A stretch of DNA of 64,000 nucleotides. Source: an uncultured delta proteobacterium. Lineage in GTDB: Bacteria; Desulfobacterota; WTBG01. Numbering within the stretch: the first letter of the stretch is position 1; each line of letters opens with the position of its first letter. A program made the translations under genes and the position numbers. Shown here piece by piece: positions 57,747 through 64,000 of the stretch. The stretch lies in contig CAWCBP010000008.1 in assembly GCA_963793865.1 (NCBI GenBank), positions 416,001-480,000 on the forward strand. The letters run 5' to 3'. The notes below the pieces were generated by a model that made no database searches, was not told where the DNA came from, and saw nothing but the letters and a program-made list of their open reading frames with translations.

Positions 57747-57889
57747 CAGACTGGAGTTGTCAGATTTAGTCGCGTACGCTTCTTCGAAATGACAGCCGAT
57801 GATTTCATGAAGTATAGATAAAGTGCTGTTTATCTATGTTTTGGAACTGGATCAAGGCAGGATACAAAATCCTTCAACAGGAGATAACC

Positions 57890-58855
57890 ATGGGACTGCA
57901 AACCAGGATGTGGCTGTTAGTGGCCTTGTTATTTGCCATCCTCTACGGCATCTTTACCGCAGCCGGGACCTATCTTGGTGAAGGAAGCGCATTGTCCTAT
58001 GTTATCATGGCCTTCCTTTTCCTGGGGCTGCAGTACCTCATAGGCCCTTACATGGTGCAGGCAACCATGCGGGTGAAATGGGTTTCGGAAAATGAGGAGC
58101 CTGAATTGCACCGCATGGTGTCGGAACTGGCCGAAAGAGCGGGTATCCCCATGCCCAAGGTGGGCATATCCCAGATAGCGGTACCCAACGCGTTTGCCTT
58201 CGGGAAAAGCTTGCGGGACGGGCGGGTATGTGTTACCAGCGGCATCCGCGGTCTTTTAAGCAAGGATGAGTTGCGGGCAGTGCTCGGGCACGAGCTGGCC
58301 CATCTGAAACACCGTGACATGATTGTGATCACCATTCTTTCCGCCATTCCGCTCATACTGTACTGGATAGCCATGCGGATGATGTGGGGAGGTTCGTTAG
58401 GCGACCGCAGGAGAGAAGATGGCGGAGCTGCCGCGCTGATAGGTTTGGGGGCCATGCTTTTCTATTTTCTTACCAACCTTCTGGTCTTGTACGGGTCCCG
58501 CATACGGGAATATTATGCCGACCAGGGCAGTGTGGAGTTCGGCAATCAGCCGCACTTTTTGGCCTCGGCGCTCTATAAGCTGGTGTATGGCAGTGCCCGG
58601 ATGCGGGGTCAGGAAGACCTGCGGAGGGTGGAGGGGGTAAAAGCGTTTTTTCTCAATGACCCGTCACGGGCGAAAACAGAACTGACCGAACTCTCTCAGA
58701 TAGACTCAGACATGTCCGGGACCATCGACGGCAACGAACTCATGGAAATCCGCCAGAAGGGTGTGAAGATCAGCGCCGCGGAAAGGATGATGGAATTTTT
58801 TACCACCCACCCCAACATGGTGAAAAGAATAAAGCATCTTGCTTCGATGGGCTGA
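57890..58855 (+). CDS. htpX: HtpX / M48 zinc metalloprotease
   Basis: PNAFA, AVLGHELAH, SRIREYYAD, THP..KRI. Confidence 0.92.
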   Translation: MGLQTRMWLLVALLFAILYGIFTAAGTYLGEGSALSYVIMAFLFLGLQYLIGPYMVQATMRVKWVSENEEPELHRMVSELAERAGIPMPKVGISQIAVPNAFAFGKSLRDGRVCVTSGIRGLLSKDELRAVLGHELAHLKHRDMIVITILSAIPLILYWIAMRMMWGGSLGDRRREDGGAAALIGLGAMLFYFLTNLLVLYGSRIREYYADQGSVEFGNQPHFLASALYKLVYGSARMRGQEDLRRVEGVKAFFLNDPSRAKTELTELSQIDSDMSGTIDGNELMEIRQKGVKISAAERMMEFFTTHPNMVKRIKHLASMG

Positions 58856-59032
58856 TCGTGTACCGCTGCTTTTATGAAAACGACGAAAAATGACATAGAG
58901 AATGTCGTTGCGAGCGACCGAAGGGAGCGCGGCAATCTCAGTGTTATTTTGTTTTATGAGATTGCTTCGGTCGATGCTCTCCCTCGCAATGACATTAATA
59001 TAAAGTGAAAGTTCGGGAGGGTGAGGGGCCTA

Positions 59033-59305
59033 TTAAAAGAACATTCCCTGTATCTCTTTCATCATTTTTCTATTGTGCCTGGTGACTGCTATAATTGACC
59101 AGATGATATTTACAGGGGGTTGAATCCAGAAAAACATAAAAGAATAGGGTGATTGCCCGATGAGGTAGTAGACAACATACCCTGTCACTAAAAGCAGGGT
59201 CATGACAATACCGCCCCATAGCGAGGAATAAAACAAGCCGAAGGGCTGAAAAAAAATAGCCGCAAGTATTCCAATGATAACACTTTTAGGCCTGTCGTCG
59301 TACAA
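59033..59305 (-). CDS. Small membrane hypothetical protein
   Basis: GGAGG RBS with TTG start; PKSVIIGILAAIFFQPFGLFYSS; hydrophobic. Confidence 0.65.
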   Translation of the reverse strand: MYDDRPKSVIIGILAAIFFQPFGLFYSSLWGGIVMTLLLVTGYVVYYLIGQSPYSFMFFWIQPPVNIIWSIIAVTRHNRKMMKEIQGMFF

Positions 59306-59491
59306 TGCCGCACCTCCCCAACCTGCCGTCGATTCAAAGCCTATATCACAAAAAGAGGCATGATAGAAGGATAAAGAAAACAGAACCCAAAAATCAGGTT
59401 TTTGGAAGTTAAAAATCAGGGTTCTGCTTATTGCAATAGTTCCGCTTCTGTGGTTTTATTGTAACGTACAATATCTCATTCTTACTCCTCC

Positions 59492-59528
59492 TGCAGAGGG
59501 AGTGGCCGTGGCTGCCACTCCCTCTGCA
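59492..59528. terminator. 15-bp perfect hairpin
   Basis: TGCAGAGGGAGTGGC-N7-GCCACTCCCTCTGCA. Confidence 0.55.
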
Positions 59529-59619
59529 TTTGCGTGCTGTGTTGTATGCTTCATTTCACCGGTGTGTAATGTGCAGGGCGACCGGCCGGTCGCCCCTACA
59601 AGCTCTTTACAATGTGCAT

Positions 59620-60708
59620 TCACGCGGAGTCAGGATTCTCTGACCTGTTAATCCCCAATCCGGGATCGTCCGGAAGGGTAATGCGTTCATTGTCATACCG
59701 GGCGCCGCCCTCGACGGGGTCCTCGCTGCACAGGAGCGGCGGATCAAGATCGATTTTGGTGATGATGCCCCTCGCGCCGGCAAGATGTGCCGCGGCGGTG
59801 ACGCTTATCCTGCTCTCCATCATGCACCCGATCATGCATTCCATCCCGGCACTGTGCGCCAGCTCACACATTTTCAGGGCAGGGTGCAGGCCGCCGGCCT
59901 TCATCAGCTTTATGTTAATCATGTCCGCGGCGCGCATGCGGATGATGTCGGAAACGTCCCGGGAGGAAAAGGCGCTTTCATCGGCCACAACCGGGACATC
60001 AACCCGGTCGGTCACAAACTTCAGCCCTTCAAGATCGTGCGCTTTCACCGGCTGCTCCACCAGCTCGATCCCGATGCCCTCGTCCTCCATCTTTTCCAGG
60101 GTAGCTACCGCTTCTTCGGGAGACCAGCCCTGGTTGGCATCCAGGCGAAGACTGACGGCATCACCCACCGCCGCGCGAATGGCCCTGAGCCGTTCCATGT
60201 CCGTTGCCGGATGGTTTCCCACTTTAAGCTTGACCGTTTTGAAACCCCTTCGCACCGCATCCAGGCAGTCGCGCGCCATTGCCTCAGGCTCATTAAGGCT
60301 GATGGTGATGTCGGTGGTAAATTCCTTTCTGACTCCCTTCAGGAGTTTATAAACCGGCACAGACTGCAGCCGGCCGTACAGATCATAAAGGGCGATATCA
60401 ACCGCTGCTTTGGCACCGTTATTGACGCCCGCCAGCGTGTGAAGCCGCGCCATCAGTTCTTCAAAATGTTCAACGGCACTGCCAATCAGAAGTTTCTTGA
60501 TCGGCCCTTCGATCGCCGTCCTGATGCTGACCTCGGTGTCGCCGGTGATGGCGGGCACGAGCGCGGCGCTGCCGTAACCGACGGCACCCTGATCGGTGAT
60601 AATTTTTACCAGCACGTCTTCAATGCGGGTGGCGGTTCGCACGGAGGTCCTGAACGGTGCGCGCAGGGGTATGGAGAGATGAGACAGGGTGATGTCCGTG
60701 ATTTTCAT
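59620..60708 (-). CDS. Dipeptide (L-Ala-D/L-Glu) epimerase, enolase superfamily
   Basis: KLK, DANQGW, EQP, ADES, NIKLMK, GCMME, DLD. Confidence 0.9.
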   Translation of the reverse strand: MKITDITLSHLSIPLRAPFRTSVRTATRIEDVLVKIITDQGAVGYGSAALVPAITGDTEVSIRTAIEGPIKKLLIGSAVEHFEELMARLHTLAGVNNGAKAAVDIALYDLYGRLQSVPVYKLLKGVRKEFTTDITISLNEPEAMARDCLDAVRRGFKTVKLKVGNHPATDMERLRAIRAAVGDAVSLRLDANQGWSPEEAVATLEKMEDEGIGIELVEQPVKAHDLEGLKFVTDRVDVPVVADESAFSSRDVSDIIRMRAADMINIKLMKAGGLHPALKMCELAHSAGMECMIGCMMESRISVTAAAHLAGARGIITKIDLDPPLLCSEDPVEGGARYDNERITLPDDPGLGINRSENPDSA

Positions 60709-60722
60709 GGCTGTTCGGCCGC

Positions 60723-61883
60723 TCAGAGCAGGGAAAGGATTTTTCCCACCAGCAATCCCCCGCCGGTTCCGATGATGTAGCTCATCAGGGCCATTAAGAC
60801 CCCGACGGGAACCAGCGCCTCGCTGTAGGAAGCGGCCAGGATGGGGGCGGAAGCGACTCCCCCGATATTGGCTACGCTGGCCACCGCGCAGGTAAAGAGA
60901 TCGAGCTTGAAAAGCTTTGCCGCGAGGATCATGATTGCTGCGTGAACCGCGATGATTAAAAACCCTGACATGATATAGAGGGGGGCGCGGGTGAGCCCGG
61001 TGAAATCCGCCATTGAGCCGATAAGGCCGATCAGGATATAAAGCGCGACCGAGGAAAGCTGCGATGACCCTGAGAGGCGCGCGAGGGGGGTCATGGCGCC
61101 CGCAATGCCGGCCAGCGTCACCATGATCACCGTCCAGGCCGGCACGGTGATAAAACCGGTGGCGGGCATTTTCCCCGCCAGGTACATGCACAATGCCGAG
61201 ACCAGCAGGCCCGTTCCCAGCAGGAGTATCAGGTCGGCCGCTTCCACGGAGGCGGCCGGCTTCTCTTCATCCCTGTTAAGCCGCATGCCGATCCGGTTCA
61301 GAAGCGTCGTATCCGATCCGGTCCAGCCATTAAAGAGCGGTGCGAAAGGCGTGAGCGCCAGCAACAGCATCACCCACACGGCGTAATTGACGGAGTCCAT
61401 CAGCAGCGCGTATCCCATTCCGGAGGCGGGAACAGCGAGCGCCTCCTGGACGGCCACCATGTTGCCCGTGCCGCCGATCCAGCTGCCGGAAAGCGCTGCG
61501 AATGACTTCCAGGTGTCCGGCTCATACAGCCCCTTGCAGGCCGCGTACACGGTGACAAAGCCGATCACGATACTGAGCGAAGCCGTGAAAAATCCCAGCA
61601 GCATTCTCGGGCCCAGGCGCAGGATATGTCTCAGATCGCAGCGAAGCAGCATCAGAAATATCATGATGGGCAGCAGGTGCGTTTTGGCCGCCCCGTAGCA
61701 GGCGCCGATCTCCGCGGTCTTTCCCCAGAGGGAAGCGGTGGCCATCAGCATGGTGCCGAGGTAGATGATCACAACCGCGGGGAGGTATTTGAAGAAGGCG
61801 GGCGCAGCCCTCTTTTCAGCCCAGGCGACAGCGCCGGCAAAAAACACGATGACGGCCAAATAGGAAAACCCGCTGCTGATCAT
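60723..61883 (-). CDS. DUF819 family multi-pass membrane protein
   Basis: SWIGGTGNMVAV and ASVANIGGVASAP re-entrant repeats; ~10-12 TM segments. Confidence 0.8.
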   Translation of the reverse strand: MISSGFSYLAVIVFFAGAVAWAEKRAAPAFFKYLPAVVIIYLGTMLMATASLWGKTAEIGACYGAAKTHLLPIMIFLMLLRCDLRHILRLGPRMLLGFFTASLSIVIGFVTVYAACKGLYEPDTWKSFAALSGSWIGGTGNMVAVQEALAVPASGMGYALLMDSVNYAVWVMLLLALTPFAPLFNGWTGSDTTLLNRIGMRLNRDEEKPAASVEAADLILLLGTGLLVSALCMYLAGKMPATGFITVPAWTVIMVTLAGIAGAMTPLARLSGSSQLSSVALYILIGLIGSMADFTGLTRAPLYIMSGFLIIAVHAAIMILAAKLFKLDLFTCAVASVANIGGVASAPILAASYSEALVPVGVLMALMSYIIGTGGGLLVGKILSLL

Positions 61884-61907
61884 TACCCGGCCCCTCAATC
61901 CCGCAAC

Positions 61908-62777
61908 TCAGCCCTTCAGGTATTTGCCGATAATAATCCGGAGATCGTTTTTTTTCTGCGGGGGTATCAAGTCCTCCCGGGTAATGATGGCGTTGCGAAG
62001 TGCCTGAGAGCAGGCGCAGCTTCGTGTGCTTGCCGCTATTTCAGGCACTGCCTCCCGGATGACCTTCTGGACATTGAGCGTGTTTTTATCGAGGTTCTCA
62101 ATGATCATTTCTATGCTTAAGCTGTCGTCGCCCTCCCGCCAGCAATCGTAGTCCGTGACCAGCGCGATGGTGGCGTAGCACATCTCCGCCTCCCGGGCCA
62201 GCTTTGCCTCCTGCAGGTTGGTCATGCCGATAACATCCACGTTCCAGCTGCGATAGATGAGGGACTCCGCCCTGGTGGAAAACTGCGGTCCGTCTATGCA
62301 GATGTAGGTTCCCCCGCTGTGAACGGGGAAGCCCAGCGCCCTGATCCTGGTGTGCAGCATCTCCCGCAGGTGCGGGCACATGGGGTCAGAAAAGCCCACG
62401 TGGGCCGCAATGCCTTCTCCGAAAAAGGTGCCGATCCGCTTGCGCGTCCGGTCAAAAAACTGGTCCGGCAGCACCATGTGCAGCGGTTTGATCTCCTCTT
62501 TCATGCTTCCCACCGCGCTGACGGATATGATGGATTCCACCCCCAGCTGCTTGAACCCGTAGATGTTGGCCCGGAAATTCAGCTCATGGGGCAGGATCCG
62601 GTGTCCCCTGCCGTGCCGCGGGAGAAAAGCCACCGCTGCGCCGTTCAATTCACCCACCAGGTAGCTGTCGGAAGGTTTCCCGAAAGGGGTCTCAAGACTT
62701 ATGCTTTCGGTCTTTCCCAGGCCCTCCATTGCATACAGTCCCGTGCCCCCGATGACGCCTATTTTAATGGAAGACAT
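61908..62777 (-). CDS. mtnP: S-methyl-5'-thioadenosine phosphorylase
   Basis: IGVIGGTG, TPFGKPS, PRHG, GPQFSTRAES, GMTNLQEAKLARE, VTDYDCW. Confidence 0.95.
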   Translation of the reverse strand: MSSIKIGVIGGTGLYAMEGLGKTESISLETPFGKPSDSYLVGELNGAAVAFLPRHGRGHRILPHELNFRANIYGFKQLGVESIISVSAVGSMKEEIKPLHMVLPDQFFDRTRKRIGTFFGEGIAAHVGFSDPMCPHLREMLHTRIRALGFPVHSGGTYICIDGPQFSTRAESLIYRSWNVDVIGMTNLQEAKLAREAEMCYATIALVTDYDCWREGDDSLSIEMIIENLDKNTLNVQKVIREAVPEIAASTRSCACSQALRNAIITREDLIPPQKKNDLRIIIGKYLKG

Positions 62778-62910
62778 ATAATCTCCTTAACACACTAATT
62801 GATGATTTAAGTGCTGGGCACATGGAGGGCCATGCTCTGTCATGGCCGCATATAATAATCGGACGCGACGGAGCGCGTCCCTCCATGGTGGTTAAACAGA
62901 AAACCGGTAT

Positions 62911-64000
62911 TTATCCACATGTAGGGGCGACCGGCCGGTCGCCTCTACAGTATTTATTTTTCCATGGTCTCGGAACACACACTACTTGGCCGTCTGCCGT
63001 TTCTCCCGCCTCTTCAGGGCAGGGCTGAAGATTCATGCCGTGGGTGGAGCACAGAGGTGATTCACCGATAAGCAGATACTTGCCCCCGGTAGGGCATGTA
63101 GCGGTCTTCGGAGAGGAAAGGTACGGCTTGAGCAGGGCCGTGTTGAGCGAGGTTTGATCCTCCAGGGTAAGCGTTCCCGATGCCCCGCTTTGCTTGAAAA
63201 GCAAAAGGGCCTTCTGCAGCTGGCAGAGCTGCGCGTGGCACTCCTCCTTCCAGACCTCTTTCCTGAACCCGTTGCCCTTGAAATCGTTTAATGTGGACCG
63301 GGTATCGTTAATGCCCTCAAATATAAGATACGAACTCATGGTGCCTCGCGAGATGGCGTCAACCGCGGGATCAAAGGGTATGGCCTTGAAGAGATCCTTT
63401 CCGCCCAGGCGCCCCTGCAGCTTGTCGATGTCTTCCTGATTGAAGTCCACGTTGCCGTACTTGGTCAGCTTGATGGGCTTGAAGGAAATCAGCTGCCCGC
63501 TCCCATCGAAAATATAGTAAAAATGAATATCATGACAGACATCGCATATGCTGTACTTGCTCACCACCCTGCCGAAGAGCACCCCTTCGTCCGCCCGGGC
63601 TGACAGGGGGGTGAATCCGACATAGACCGACCCTCCGCCGGCCAGCTCCTTTTTTTCAACCCACCCCAGGTCCGGGTTGATCTCCTTCATTGATTTCTGC
63701 ATCAAGGCTATCAGATCCTCTTCTTTCAGCGTGGGCTTGAGGGCGGGGATCGTTCCCTCCAGCACTTCCGCGGCCTGGGCGGACGTCAGGGAACCGGCAC
63801 GGTAGACTATTCCCCCGGAGTCATTCACAAGGCAGATGAGCGGGTTTTCGGCAACCTTGAAAAGCCTGGTGAGCGCGGCGCCCTCATCCTCCAGCAGGAA
63901 GACGCCGGGTGTGGAGGCCAGCGCGTCACGCTCCTGGGAGGGGAAGAGCCGATTCAGCTCGCCTGCAATGACCAGGGCCAGCTTATCATTGCCGAGGAGT
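62911..64000 (-). CDS. Hypothetical protein, 5' truncated: thioredoxin-like segment, CxxCH motif, FMN-binding-like motif, Cys-rich tail
   Basis: Frame stays open upstream of 63828 to ~63975; CDVCH, DAISRGTMSS, CPTGGKY..CSTHG; both ends uncertain. Confidence 0.55.
   Translation of the reverse strand, partial: LLGNDKLALVIAGELNRLFPSQERDALASTPGVFLLEDEGAALTRLFKVAENPLICLVNDSGGIVYRAGSLTSAQAAEVLEGTIPALKPTLKEEDLIALMQKSMKEINPDLGWVEKKELAGGGSVYVGFTPLSARADEGVLFGRVVSKYSICDVCHDIHFYYIFDGSGQLISFKPIKLTKYGNVDFNQEDIDKLQGRLGGKDLFKAIPFDPAVDAISRGTMSSYLIFEGINDTRSTLNDFKGNGFRKEVWKEECHAQLCQLQKALLLFKQSGASGTLTLEDQTSLNTALLKPYLSSPKTATCPTGGKYLLIGESPLCSTHGMNLQPCPEEAGETADGQVVCVPRPWKNKYCRGDRPVAPTCG

Noticed and set aside
60709..61191. 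161-aa N-terminal extension of the epimerase ORF
   Set aside because: It overlaps DUF819 in another frame; homology begins at MKITDI (60708).
18853..62948. CRISPR array from the 28-bp palindromes
   Set aside because: Copies are dispersed singly, with no regular spacers and no cas genes.

Overview
This is an anaerobic, Deltaproteobacteria/Desulfobacterota-like chromosomal segment; the taxon is inferred from gene content and order only. Isolated 1-nt indels in several otherwise intact genes suggest a long-read or incompletely polished assembly. 1-27 kb is mostly housekeeping: mfd 3' end, surA, valS-nadC-coaX-yggT-divIVA-yggU-ybaK, hisG, truA, pheA-hisC-tyrA, a GldAFG-like ABC system, amidohydrolases and an APC permease. 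It also holds two type II TA pairs, a duplicated candidate sRNA and many short palindromic repeats. 27-34 kb holds a JAB/JAMM peptidase, a small CQLGCF protein, a ChlI/MoxR-like AAA ATPase, a 956-aa vWA protein, an E1-like ThiF/MoeB and a ubiquitin-like protein with a C-terminal tail after its GG. 35-57 kb is a selenium/tungsten-molybdenum supercluster. It starts with Sec-containing selD (in-frame UGA plus SECIS), a methyltransferase and yqeB-coxD-coxE-nifU-xdhC. Next come two ferredoxin + AOR/WOR-family pairs (the second with altered active-site motifs), a NuoE / NuoF-GltD fusion / NuoG-like module and a rubredoxin. It ends with a cytoplasmic parvulin, a B12 radical SAM enzyme, and yqeC interrupted by an amt fragment. 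No xanthine-dehydrogenase-family catalytic gene, the known client of YqeB/YqeC/XdhC/CoxDE, lies in the window. The right end has a bilin-reductase-like protein, htpX, mtnP-DUF819-dipeptide epimerase and a partial CxxCH protein. No rRNA, tRNA, CRISPR array, transposase or integrase was recognised. All family calls come from motifs read by eye, not from database searches.
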